Assembly (NCBI RefSeq): GCF_009914755.1
Contig: NC_060929.1
DNA from: the human T2T-CHM13v2.0 reference genome, Homo sapiens
Reading direction: 5' to 3' (one strand)
DNA length: 64,000 nucleotides
A model generated the notes under the pieces. It ran no database searches. It was not told the origin of the DNA and saw nothing but the letters and a program-made list of their open reading frames with translations. Every line of letters begins with the position of its first letter. The first letter of the stretch is position 1. Of the stretch, positions 24,784 through 40,616 are shown piece after piece. The translations under genes were made by a program, and so were the position numbers.

Positions 24784-25432
24784 TCATTTGTACTTTGTAC
24801 TTATTTTCAATTATTATTTACTTTTTGTACTTTGTTAAAATGGATAGTGTTAACTTTCCTTAAAAAGCACTTTTGATAATTCAGGAGGTATAAATAGGCT
24901 GCTTATTTAAAAACCTTCACTTGGTTAACTTTAGAAACTCAAGAATTATAAACTCAAATTTATACTTCTTGATACACAAACTTAAGAACTAAAGCTATCT
25001 TCTGACTCTTCTATTTGAAAAGGTACTAACACTTCTTTCCGTCAGTCTCTCATTCTTCATTTTTGTTGGTATCCTGTGGAATTTTTGTCTAGTCTAGTAA
25101 AATTAAATTATTATCACTTTAATGTTTTGTAGCTCTTTTTTCAATAATGATGATATTTATATTCCGTTTTGCAAATTTTAACAGTGTTTTTTCCTGATTG
25201 TATTATTGTTATTTGCCTATGATTAAACTTTTCTAAAATTAAAATTCAGGTATTTTTACTTTTTAATATTTTTTAACCTGTCTATAACTTTCAGCATCAG
25301 TGACTTCCTACTGGTAAAATTCAATTGTAAGGAATACTATTAGCAATCAGGTTTCTGTATAATGAAGCAATTTTAAGGTCTTCAAGTGGCCGACAATATT
25401 TTGTTTATTAAGTTACAAAGAATTAGCTTGCA

Positions 25433-25570
25433 GCTGGGTGCAGTAGCTTACGCCTGTAATCTTAGCACTTTGGGAGACCGGCAGGATGATTGATTGAGGC
25501 CAGGAGTTTGAGACCAGCCTGTGCAACATGGTGAGACCCTGTCTCTATTTTTTTAAAAAAAGAAAAAGAA
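25433..25570 (+). mobile_element. FLAM/Alu monomer
   Basis: Single left monomer with A-rich tail. Confidence 0.8.
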
Positions 25571-25968
25571 TTATCTTCCACAAATTATCCTAATAACAAT
25601 TTATCTATGTCCTAATCATTGCTATGCTGTAACCAAAGAGCTATATCTGCAACGTGCTATATTCCAGTTTTACTGTAAATATAGAAATGTAGCTTTACTT
25701 TTGTTTGTTTCTTTGTTAAGCACCTATTAACATTTTACTCTCCTCTCTTTTAACAAATATCCCACCCACCCAGCTAATTCAAGGAATTATATCATCCAAA
25801 GATCTTTTTGTTTGTGACTTTCAACCATTCCTTTTAGGTCAGTGTTTCATTTGCATTACATGCTGCTCTGCTATTTCTGTTATTTTTTCAGTTGAAGATA
25901 GACCTGTTTACTTTTTCTTCACTATCACATTATAATATTACCTAATTCTGTGTTAAAAAAAATATTTA

Positions 25969-26302
<334 letters not shown>

Positions 26303-26697
26303 TTATTCTACATTCCTCCTTCCTTTTTTTCTTTCTTTTTTCCTACTTCTTCCCTCTTTCCCTCCCTCTTGTCTCAAACATCACAATAAATACTCAAAAT
26401 ATTAAACATGGTACCGCCTTCATGGAGCTTCCATTTCAATTGAGGAGACATTATAAAAAACCAAACCACCAATTATACATATAGATAAATAATTGTTTTA
26501 AATGCTGAGAAAGAGTAAGACAGAATAGCAAGGATTAGACCTATAGGATATTTAGCTGATTACTAAAGGAAGGTATGGAGCTTGCCAGGTGAAGGTGAGG
26601 AAGAGCTTCCAGGTAGAGGTAGAAACTTTCAGGAAGAGATTGGAGCTTGCTATGTTCAGCAAAGTGAAGAAAGAACAATATTTCTAGCATTTATTTA

Positions 26698-27153
<456 letters not shown>

Positions 27154-29382
27154 TTAATTATTATTGTATTATTATTATTATTGCTACTTTAAAGAGAATG
27201 GATTGGAAAGGAGCATGAGAGTGTACCATTTGGGAGGTGTTGTAATAGTCTAAGCCAGAGGTAATCATAACCTTCAAAGGAGTGGCACTGGAGATGGAGA
27301 GAAGAAGATGGATTTGTGATTGACTTTGGAGACAGAATCTGAAAGACTTGCTGATGCATTGTTCATGGAGAAGGGTGTCCTCAGATTCAAAGGAGCTGGG
27401 ACTTCTGCAGAAACACAGAGAATGTTTATTAGCAGCGTTGGGGTGTTGGGAGTGAGATAGAGCCAGGCTTTTGTTAAAACTAGAAGATGAATGGAAAGTT
27501 CTGATAAGAGGTATGAAGAGTTTTCTAATTATAGAGCGAGAGTTCTTGACAATACAGGATTCTATAGATAGTGGCTTGGGTTGGATTAGGAGATACTGAG
27601 GACAATATGGGGTTGACAGAGTGGCAATATATGCTTTGAGACCTTGGACTTCCTGTAGTGACTACACTGAACAGGGCTTTTAGGCAGGTTGGGATGTACC
27701 ATTCTGGGAGAGGAGGGCAATCTGACCCAATTGTGTGGTTTTTTGGCTTGCAAGAAATCTTCTCGCCTAGGCTGCAAGGACTGCTACATAGAATTACAAA
27801 AAGTTATTGCTACAAAGCACTTAAAGAATATTTATTTTTTGAAGATACAGCAAGAAGACTGTCTCCTCTCACTTTTTATTTTTTTGTAGCATTAACATTC
27901 TACACATGCCATAGAATATTTCTCCAACACTGCATAGTTTGAAGTGAAAATACTAGATGAAAAAGGCAAAGCTACATATATTATAGCCATTTAGTTTATG
28001 TTTTTAATCCATGTTTATATAGTTTTATACTGTTTGCATCTTTGTTACATTTTAGATTTTAAAGTAAGGACTACATTAGTTTTAAATTGCTTTGTGGTGT
28101 TAAGAGCAAGTTAGTGATTATATTTTCATATTTAAAAGTAAATATGATGGGTTTATAGGCCGCACATATGTTCCATGTTCATCATATCATTTCACAACTA
28201 AAAATAGTCCCCTCCCTAAAAAACTGTTCTCAAAGGTTATTATTTTTTAAAAAACATACAATGCAGTGTATCAAAAACAAGATTGGCAAGTCAGATCCTG
28301 GCAACTTTGTATTATGACTAAGAATTTGCTTTCTTTAGGCTATAATTTTGCTTTAGATGCTTATGAAATTTTGATTTTTGATTACATTGGAATATTAACA
28401 GAAGGAAAATAATTCTGTTCATTCACAGATCAAAAATAATAGAGTAGAAAATTATTCTTGTCAGTATCTGAAACCAAACTTTGCTCATTTAAAAAATATC
28501 TTTTGGATCCACTGTGTCATAGGTCTTCAATATTGTTTCTGAATAGAATATTGAATACTATAGCGAAGAGGATTCCTCTGTTCCTTTTTTTTTAAAAGTA
28601 TGTGTATGTCAGGAAGTCTAACTAATAAATGATTTGTTCTTCTAGCAGTTTCCATATGCCCACTGATCCCAAACCTACAATTATGTGCCTCTTGCTATTG
28701 AGGCAGTGTGTTGTGCCCTTTGGTGTATTGTGCTGGAAGAACTATTGAGATGTAAAGGTATTTGTTAGGAAAAGAATAGAGCTATAGATAGAAATCCATA
28801 CAATACCAGTATTCTCACAGGCAACAAAAGAACAGGTACCAAAGATTGAAAAGGAAATTTTAGAAAGGGAGGAAAACAAGCCAGGAATTTTGGAAATAGG
28901 AAGCTAAGCGAGCCTCCACAAAAGACAGTTTCAGAATGAAGTTGAGTCAGCAGGATCAGATGCCACAGAGAGATGCAGGTTAAGATGTGGATGGGACAAT
29001 GTCTGTTGCATTTGACCATTAGGAACTGAAGACCATAGTGGGACATTAGAATCATGTGGCAGAGCAATATTTCAGTGTGCTGGAAAACAAATGAGAAGTG
29101 AACAAATGAAGACTGCAAGTGTGGACTCTTAAAGAGTCCCGTAATCTTTTTCTTAGTTTTCTGTGTTGTCTGTGATTATAGAATTTTGAAGCATGTGTAG
29201 TTGAAGTTGAAGACGTTAAATATGAACCATTCATAGATCTTTGAACAGTTGCCAGAAACCTATTTTTTATATTAATGTAATAATTTACATAAAACTAAAT
29301 ATTTAAAGTTTTGAACTCTTAAAGCACAGCTAAATGGAAACCTTTAATGCAAATGTTTGTTTCTTTTTTTTTTTTTTTTAAG

Positions 29383-29556
29383 TCTTGGCTACTTATGATT
29401 CAGCAGACAGAACAACTTAGTAGGATAATGAAGACACATGCAGAGGACTTGAACTCTGGACCTTTACACAGGCTCACCATGATGATTAAGGACAAGCAGC
29501 AGGTGAAGAAAAGTTACATAGGTGTTCATCAGCAGATAGAGGCAGAGATGATCAAG
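29383..29556 (+). CDS. FER: FER tyrosine kinase internal coding exon (F-BAR domain), 174 nt, phase 0-0
   Basis: Translates as [58 protein letters not shown], recognised as FER. Preceded by T16-AAG acceptor, followed by AAG|GTTCGT donor. Confidence 0.96.
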
Positions 29557-30206
29557 GTTCGTTTTTCCATATTGAAGTTCTTTCTTGAAATTGTTTTCCA
29601 AATTCACAGAAATATTTTACCTTATTTGGCTTTAAAAATTGTTTATTCATCATTTCCCAACAAGAAATAGGTTTATGGTCTCTAATAAGTAATATCTTAT
29701 TGAACATAAAACATTGATTATAGGATATACTGTGACTGTATATACTCCTATGAAAGAAAAAAGAGGCTCCCAATTAAACTATGACACAAAGCTTTCTTAT
29801 CACTTAGGATTTTTAGTTTTTATTTACTGAAATAGTTCTTTGAGACTTTTAAAAATAAATTTGTCTTATCTAATACTTTGCATAAATAAAAAAGAAAATA
29901 CAGGCAGAATTACTTTTGGTATTCTTAAATTTACGTATCCCTCATTTTCCCTACATTCGGAGTCTGTCTCTTCTGAATGACTTTTTTCAAATTATTTTTA
30001 TTATAGAAATTTGTAAATGTATAAAACAAGAGAGGATAGTAAAATCAACTTCCACCTACCCATCACCTGAATAGTCACCGTTTTTTCTATACTCCTACCC
30101 ACTTTTTTTTTTTTTTACATTGGATCATTTTAAAGGTATCATTTTATCCATAAATATTTTAGAATGTATAGCTAAAATAAGTGATCTTGTTAGAAATGTA
30201 ACTACA

Positions 30207-30517
<311 letters not shown>

Positions 30518-30597
30518 TTAATTTGCCTAAAAATAATAATTCCTTCATGTTATCGAATACTTTTTGTTGAAATGCTTGTTGTTTAAATGTTTTTTTA

Positions 30598-31330
<733 letters not shown>

Positions 31331-31429
31331 GTTTGGTATCAGACTTTTACCAAATAGTTTTACAAAGTTAACCAGTGAGTTTTTTCTTGAATGGAGAATG
31401 ATTTGAACTCATTTATATTTATATTTTTT

Positions 31430-31720
31430 GTTTATTCACACAGTGTCATCGTCTGTGTCATCAAGAACATTGGTGATACAGAATTTCTTTAAAAGGGGTT
31501 TGAGATTATCTTCCAAGCTGCTGATAACCACTTTTGCAAGGTTTTGATGCTTTCTCTTTCTTAATCTTCTCAAATGGCAAATTTGAAGATCTGTAGACAA
31601 TATCTGGGACACATATTTTTTCCTTAAATTGCATTCAAATGACTTTTTGACTACAGTCAAGGACTTGCATTTGTTTCATTGTTCCACAGAAATAATATTT
31701 TAATGGTTTGTTTAATTACA
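31430..31720 (-). mobile_element. Tc2/pogo-family DNA transposon remnant (DDE transposase C-terminus)
   Basis: Minus strand, with one frameshift, reads MQVLD-VVKKSFECNLRKKY and KKFCITNVLDDTDDDTV, resembling pogo/Tc2 motifs LQxLDVxVNKPFK and FKKCxIsNaLDGtEDD. Confidence 0.65.
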
Positions 31721-31757
31721 GAAAATATTTCTGCACATACTAAGTTAATTTTTTTAA

Positions 31758-32099
<342 letters not shown>

Positions 32100-32324
32100 T
32101 GATTTGCTATTCTCTTAAAAAAGTTTATTTGTTTTCACATGCTATTGAATTTAGTACTGATTTTTAAAACATACTTGTAGTTTATTTTCTATAGTTGTAT
32201 ATTAAAGGACAACTCTGACCTGTAAGTAGTGAAATACACATCAGTTAATACTTTGGAATTTAAGTTCTTGAGCAATTTAAATTTAAACAATTTAATACAT
32301 TTATGCATTTTGTTTCTTTGACAG

Positions 32325-32424
32325 GTTACCAAAACAGAATTGGAGAAGTTAAAATGCAGCTATAGACAATTAATAAAAGAAATGAATTCTGCCAAAGAGA
32401 AATATAAAGAAGCTTTAGCTAAAG
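32325..32424 (+). CDS. FER: FER next coding exon (F-BAR domain), 100 nt, phase 0-1
   Basis: tttgtttctttgacag|GTT ACC AAA ... GCT AAA G|gtaagg. Translates [33 protein letters not shown](G), continuing the previous exon in frame. Too short to appear in the ORF track. Confidence 0.96.
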
Positions 32425-33382
32425 GTAAGGCAAAATTTTAAAAATTGTTTACTTAGGTGATTTTTATTCTTACTGTTTGAAAGTTATCTTTGTAAGTAGT
32501 GGAATGATTCCATTTAGAGCATTTCACATATAAAAAACTCAAAATAAACCCACATTGGCTAATTGTCAAACAGTGTAGTAAGTCTTACTAATTTTCCATT
32601 GCTTTAAATGACTCAAAGTATTTTCGAATAGTTCATACTAAATGGAATTATGTAGCATGTGTAATAGAATTGAAGGGATGTTTAAAATTTTCTCTCTTGC
32701 ATCATATTTACTTATTTAATTACAGAGTGCTTAAGTAAGAAAAATAGGAGTATATTTATTTAGAAACTTTTAAAATCTTCTTTTTTACCTGTATTATTTA
32801 AGTCATTAAAACCACATCATTTTATAGCATTATGTTCTCTTTATAGCTTAATTTTATGTGTCTATATTGCCCTAAAATTTTCATAAGAAGTCTTAAAAAT
32901 AAATGGAAAGAGAAGCATATTATTTATGTTTCAAACAGAGATTTATGGTTATAATTTCTTATTAAGTACTTAGGTGATCTTGTATCTAAATTTTGAAATG
33001 TTAGATTTCAGTAAAGACTAAGCATAGTTTATGAACAGAAACTTCTTTGGCTGTTGCTATAATTGGGCAATATTTTCCTTATGTTTTAATGTGCCTAAAC
33101 CACTCATATTTATACATTTTTTCTTTATGAAAGTTGGAGGATTTTTCTTTTTGTTTTGTTAATTTTCTTTCTAGCTAAATAAAGCGTTTATTAGAATCTC
33201 TATTTTATTTTGGTTCTTAAATTCATCTTTCTCTACATTTTCTCTTTATCTTTCATTTGTTAAACATTCTCGTTATTTTGTCATAGTAAATGAAGTAAAC
33301 AGCTCCTCCATTTGGCTGTATCTTGCACAATGAAAATATTGTTGTTATTCCCAGTACACTAGAAGTGATACTGATTTAAATG

Positions 33383-33545
33383 CAGTTCTTTCTCTTCTCC
33401 TTCCTTTCTCTCTCCTTTTCCCCTCTTCTTTATCTTCTTCCTTCCTCTCCCTTGGACTCCCTGTTTGTCCCCCTTCTCTCTCTTCCTCCTCCACTTCTTA
33501 CCCCAACATTTACTTTGTGTCTCCTTCTCTCCCCGCTTCCCCCAA
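33383..33545. repeat. Low-complexity polypyrimidine/polypurine tract
   Basis: ~160 bp almost entirely C/T on the + strand. Confidence 0.8.
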
Positions 33546-35376
33546 TTTACTAGGGAAGTTGTATGCATATTCACAGTTTCCTTACTTATTTGTCATGTAA
33601 CTCAGCCAAGACTTTGAGATTATGGTCTCTATTAATGTAGATATATCTTTTGAAATGCTTTTATCTTTAAATTATCTAAATTATTTTAGTGAAGCAAAGA
33701 AAGAAATGACAGTGGAAAGAGCACAGGCTTTGGAGTCAGAGAGTCCTGGATTTAAGTTCCAACATTGTGTGATTATTTCATAGATTTTCAAACTTCCTAT
33801 ACCTAATTATTATTCCTTTGTTATTTTAGGAGTGCTTTAGATAACCAAGAAATATTTACTGGGCACTTGCTATGTTTAAGTTACTGAGATTCAAAACAAT
33901 ATTTGCCAGGCATTCAAGGAGCTTACAGTCTGGTTCACTAACTTGAGAACTCCAAGTCTCACTCTCTTGCAAAATTTAGCTTTTTCACAAGGTATCCCTT
34001 GCTAAATCATCAAGAATAGTTTAAAAATAACTTTATACATTAAACATTACTTCTTAATCTGTCAAAATAGTTAATTTTATAAAGTTCATTGCTTCATGCC
34101 TGGCTAGCATTCTCAAGTTAATTAAATTACATTGCAAATATCCATATCTAACTTCACCCACAGCAACCATATTGTAATCCAGCTATGTTGTGTATTTCGC
34201 ACTAGGTTTGTATATGTTGGAGAATTATTAGTTAGAAAAAGAAATACATAAGTACTTTCAAGTCTTTGATATCTGTTTTTAGTGATACAGTTTATTTTTT
34301 TAAAAGCAAAATCTAATTCTGATGTCAAAGTTTTAATTGTTGTACCTAATGCTTATATTAGAAAAGATTATGGAAAATCATTATTCTTTACTCTTGATTC
34401 AGATGAAACACCATTTAGTATTGTATTAATAGTTGGAAGGCAACGAGAGAATCTGAAGATCATACTTGTAATAAATTGTAAGAAGTGAATTATTTGAATC
34501 TTTTTTTAAAAATTATACAAGCTTAGTTGTCTTTCTAAAGGTATTCATGATAGTATTTTTCTGTTTTCAAGAATTTGATTTCTCACATTAAATCCTACAG
34601 AATATATAGTTACTTTTAAAATAAGTACTTTTATATATCCACTTCACACATGAGAGATAGGTAAACTTTTCTTTTATAATCAAAACTGTGTTTATACTCA
34701 TATTTAAATGAAAAAGTATAAAATTTTATTTTTGAAAAATTTATGTTTCAAACTGCTTCTGTTTTTATGGAAATAGGAGTTTTGTGGAGTTATTTACTCT
34801 TTACAAGGATGATGAGCTGTAATGGCAAATTTTTCCAACGTATATAGGCTTTATGTCAGAACCTTAGTTCACCTACATGGGCCAGATTAGGACACTTTTG
34901 GAATGGGCCCTAGAGACTGCGGGGTGCTTACAATAGCTACTCAGATATTTGTCTGGCATCCAGAGTCATTACTTTAGACATTGGAAGGTCTTAGAAAAGT
35001 TATTTACAATCCCAATCTAACATAGAGCATCCAATTAGAGAAGACAGGCCTTGGGGAAACAAGGCCTGGAAATAATTCCTATAGTAAGATAAATTCTATA
35101 TTTGATCAAGAAATGGGTTTGGACTCAAGGGTTCAGTTCCTATAACTGGGAGTTCAGCAGTAGTAGTAGTAGTAAACCAGCAGGAAGGCTGAGTTAATGC
35201 TGAAACTACAAACCCCTGACCCCTGCTGTATAAATTAAACTGATATTTTAAATTTTGAATGTTAAAATTTATATACAAAGGAACACTCGTTTATGTTTAG
35301 TATAATGTAAAATGTAACATTCATTTACAATATGAATTTAGCATCATTTTAATTTTCTAAAAATTAAATGCACCTT

Positions 35377-35447
35377 AAAATAATACACCTTAAACATTCT
35401 AAAATAATACACCTTAAACATTCTAAAAATAATACACCTTAAACATT
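35377..35447. repeat. Tandem triplication of a 24-25 bp unit AAAATAATACACCTTAAACATTCT
   Basis: Three near-identical copies seen directly. Confidence 0.9.
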
Positions 35448-36129
35448 AAATGTGCATTGCTGTGTGGTATGTTGAGGGAGCACATGTATATTGCATTTTA
35501 TCTTAAATTGACTTGGACTAATTTGAACATTAGTTGATTGATTATTACTTATAATGGATGCTGAGGACAACCAAAATAATTTTAACCTATTGAGCTGAAG
35601 TTAATAACTTGGAGGTGTTTCTTTTTTTTTCCTTCATTGCCTTAACAAACATTTAGATACAAATACCCTTTGATACAAAGAAGTACAAAAGGTAGTAAAG
35701 GATTCCCCCACTGTTACCATCACTACTAAACACATACATATCCACAGCTGTTCATGGCCCATGTCAGTGCCTCTTATAGACGGGAAATCACCTTTACTAG
35801 ATTTAATAAAAATGCAAATGCCTCTAAATGTTCCTTCAGAATAAGTAAGAAGAGCTGACCAAGAAGAAAGAACAATGGGTGAAGGATTGTGGCTCCCACA
35901 AATCAGGTGAAGGTAATAGTTTGGGGCTAGCCAAAAATGAAAGGAATCCTAGGTGATTGTCAAATCAAAAGTTAAAAGGAACCAAGTTAGTCCAGGTAGG
36001 AAGAGAAGATTTTGGGGAGTTAGGCTAGTCAAGTGCCTGTAGGCTGCTTAAGGAAGTCTGCTCTGAGTGAGGAGAAGGGAATGGAAAGTATCTGTAAATA
36101 TCCAATGGGTTTTTAAAAAGAATAAGTAG

Positions 36130-36493
<364 letters not shown>

Positions 36494-36914
36494 ATCCCAT
36501 GCCATTTTCTAAAAGTAGTTAATCAGATTCTTTATCGGGACTGACTTTAATTTACACAGGTTGAAAAAAATATCTACTCGTCCAGCCCCAACAAGCAGCC
36601 TCTCATTTTATTTTTTCCAACCTTTAAAAAAAAATTAAAACAAACGTAGAAATTAGAAGGATGGGACAGTGAATATGCATACTGGATTCAACAAGTATTA
36701 ACCTTCTGCCACATTGGCAGAATCATTTGAATGTATGTTTCAGGCGTCATATACTCTTGATCGGTAAATGCTTTAGCTTGCATCTGCTGAGAATAAAGAC
36801 ATTCTTCTAAAAAGCCACAATGCAATTATCATTTCTAATAAAATTAACAATAAATAATTCTCTATTATCATCTAATATCCGGTCCATATTCTGGTCTCCC
36901 CAGAATGTCTCTTA

Positions 36915-36997
36915 TACAGGTTGGTGTAAAAGTAATAGCTATTTTCACCATTGAAAATAATGTCAAAAACCACAATTACTTTTGCACCAATCTAATA
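36915..36997. mobile_element. MADE1 MITE (Hsmar1-derived palindrome) inside an old L1 3' fragment
   Basis: AGGTTGGTGTAAAAGTAAT ... ATTACTTTTGCACCAATCT terminal inverted repeats, ~80 bp, TA-flanked. Confidence 0.88.
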
Positions 36998-38941
36998 GTT
37001 TTTATTTTTTTCTGTCCATCATTTCCTTCGTTGTTGTTGCTTTGAACCAGGATCTGATCAAAGTAAACATACCACATTTGATTGTTGTGTCTGTAGACTC
37101 TTAGTCTTTTCATCTAGAACAGTCCTCCTACTTTTTACTCATGACTTTTTTTTTTTCAGGAGTCCAGTTTTCTTGTAAAATTTCTCATATGCTGGATTGT
37201 CTGATTGCATTCTCATGACTACTGTTTAACTTGTCCCTGATCTATCCCCTATATTTCCTGTAAATTTAAGGATAGTTCTAGAGGCTTGATTAGATTCAGG
37301 TCAAACATTTTTGACAGGACTGCTTCATAGATGACGATGTATACTTTATGTTGCATCCTACCAGGAGGCACATAAAGTTGGCTTGTCTTACTCTTAGTGC
37401 TCAGTCAAGTTTGATTTCTTTAGTCAAGTAGTGACTGCCAGATCTCTCCATTGTGAAGGTACCTTTACCCCATGTAATTGGTAAGTAACTGCAGAGAGAT
37501 ACATTGGCATGTGTGAATAACCTATCCCCCAACAACCTTCTATCCAATGGCTTGGCATCCATTGATCATCCTTGCCAGTAGCAATATTACGTTAACAGCC
37601 CATCATTTGTAAAATGCCTAGCAGATGACTGGGAAGAGAAAGGAGGGTTGAGGGAAGAAACAGAGAACAATGTAAAGAGGGAATAAAAAGCTGGAAATGG
37701 GAAAACAATTCCAAAAGCTTTGCTGATACCCTTCTCTTTTTACGTTTAACTCTTTCCAAAGTCATGAACCCTTTAAGGTAATGCTGGCTTGAAGCAGTGA
37801 GCAAAGAAAGCCTCTTGCTCAGGGCTGTCACTTTACTAGGTAGTGAACGCATTTCAGTTAGAAGTGTTTCTTGACATCAGCATAAAATAACAGGTACTTA
37901 AATGCAAAATACACAGATTTTACCTTCCTATTGAAGGTTAAATTCCGAACACCTTTAGTGGGTTAAACACTTGGTTAGGTTTAGCCATAAAACAGTTTTG
38001 TGAATCCATAAAGCTTGTATCTGCACTAAGTAGTATAAAGGAAATAATATATTTTTAAAAACTTTTAACTTGTATATATTAGGAAATAAATAATACTCTG
38101 AGATTTATCTCTTAGGAGACATCGAGAGGTTTGTTGGGGGCTCTGGCAAATATGGGGAATTCAGGTACTGTTTGCCATGATGTGCCTTAACAACTCCCTT
38201 TGACTATCATCAATGCTGTTGTTGTTCATGGGAAATAATTCTAATGTGGGTTTTAGTCTGTTAATTAATTTTAAAAACATGAATAGTGAAGGTTTGTGTC
38301 AGGAGTAACAAAGTAGTATTTAAGCTGCTGAACCTGCAGTCTGTTTTGTACCATCAGGTGAGAGTGAGAGCCAAGTGGGAGGTCTTTCTGGACCAATGGT
38401 GTGCAAAATACTCAGTCTTCCTTTCTTTTTTTCCTATGTCTTATCAGTGAAGAAGTGATGGATGGTTGTGGGAATAAATTATGTTGTAAGTACCTGGGAT
38501 TTGTAAGGATTAGTATTTTTGTATGTATTTATATAGATGCTGTTTAGGTCCTTTTTTGAAAATCAACTATTAAAATTATGAGATAACCTGAGAAATTTTA
38601 CCCAGACAGGATATTTGATATTAAGGAAATCTTGTTATATTATAGCTTTGATAATGAAATTGTGATTTTTTTGATGTTCTCTTTATTTTTGCATTAAATG
38701 CAGAAATATTCACAGCTGAAGTGATGTGATATCTGAGGTTTGCTTCAAAATTATCTAAAGAATAGGGAGTAGATAGATAGAAGTATAGATGAAACATGAT
38801 TGATCATGAATTGATGATCATTCAAACCAGTTGATAGGTACATGGAGATATTGAACAATTCTTTCTACTTTTGTATAGGTTGGATTTTTTCCACAAAAAT
38901 TATATAAAAATAAAGAATGTCACCATAAGAAATGAAAGAAA

Positions 38942-39920
38942 ACTAGACATTGGCATAGGCAAGTATTTCATGACCAAAAACTCAAAAGCAAATACAATAA
39001 AAACAAAGATAAATAGCTGGGACCTAATTAAACTAAAGAGCTTTTGCACAGCAAAAGGAACAGTCAGCAGAGTAAACAGAGTGGGAGGAAATCTTCACAA
39101 TCTATACACCTAACAAAGGACTAAAATCCAGAATCTACAACGAATCAGTAAGAAAAAAAACTAACAATCTCATCAAAAAGTGGGCTAAGCACATGAATAG
39201 ACATGAATAGACAGTTCTCAAAAGAAGATATACAAATAGGTAACAAACCTATGAAAAAATGCTCAACATCACTAATTTTCAGGGAAATGCAAATCAAAAC
39301 CACAATGTGATACCTCCTTACTCCTGCAAGAATGGCCATAATACAAAAACAAAACAAAACAAAACAGTAGATGTTGGCGTGGATATGGAAATCAGGGAAC
39401 ACTTCTACACGGCTGGTGGGAATGTAAAATAGTACAGCCACTATGGAAAACAGAGTGGAGATTCCTTTAAGAGCTAAAAGTAGAACTACCATTTGATCCA
39501 GCAATCCCACTACTGGGTATCCACCCAGAGGAAAAGAAGTCATATGAAAAAGATACATGCACATGCATGTTTATAGCAGCACAATTCACAATTGCAAAAT
39601 CGTGGAACCAACCCAAATGTCCATCAATAAACAAGTGGATAAAGAAACTGTGGTGTATATAAGAGTGTATACAGAGTGCTCCTGCCTCACACTCTTCCCC
39701 TCAAATCCCAAAGTCCACTGTATTATTCTTATGCCTTTGCATCCTCAGAGCTTAGCTCCCACACATCAGTGAGAACATAACTCAGGTTTTCCGTTCCTGG
39801 ATTACTTCACTTAGAATAATAGTCTCCAATCTCATCCAGGTCACTGCAAATGCTGTTAATTCATTCCTTTTTTATGGCTGAGTAGTATTCCATCATCTAT
39901 CTATCTATGGAAAACAAAAA
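38942..39920 (+). mobile_element. 5'-truncated L1PB with an internally inverted 3' UTR segment (~39679-39907)
   Basis: ORF2 C-terminus ([16 protein letters not shown]) on +, then minus-strand 3' UTR, then tail. 15-bp TSD AAGAAATGAAAGAAA at 38927-38941 and 39921-39935. Confidence 0.85.
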
Positions 39921-40144
39921 AAGAAATGAAAGAAAGGTCTCAGATGATCCTTATTGGGGCAACTATTTCAATATCAAATTATTCTGAATCTATTCCTTAT
40001 CATTTTATATTTATATATGAATACATTTATGTATTAATCCTTCATTTAATCACTCATTTAATAAGAATTTCTTTTGTTTGGTAAATGCCAGAGATATAAA
40101 AATGAAAAAGATGTGGACCCTACCTTCAAGCCATTGAAAGTTGA

Positions 40145-40443
<299 letters not shown>

Positions 40444-40616
40444 GAAAGTTGAAATTTTTATAAAATCAAATTTTTACCTAATTAAAAAAAATTTCAAGCC
40501 CGTAGAAAAGTTGAAATGATAACATAATGAACTCCTGCATACTTTTTACCTGGATTCAAAAATTGCCAAAATTTTGTCACGGCTAGGCTTCTGCTGTCTC
40601 TGTTTCGCCTCTTTCT

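Noticed and set aside
29347-29670. 107-aa ORF as a standalone gene
   Set aside because: Only 29383-29556 is exon; the flanks are the polypyrimidine tract and intron read-through.
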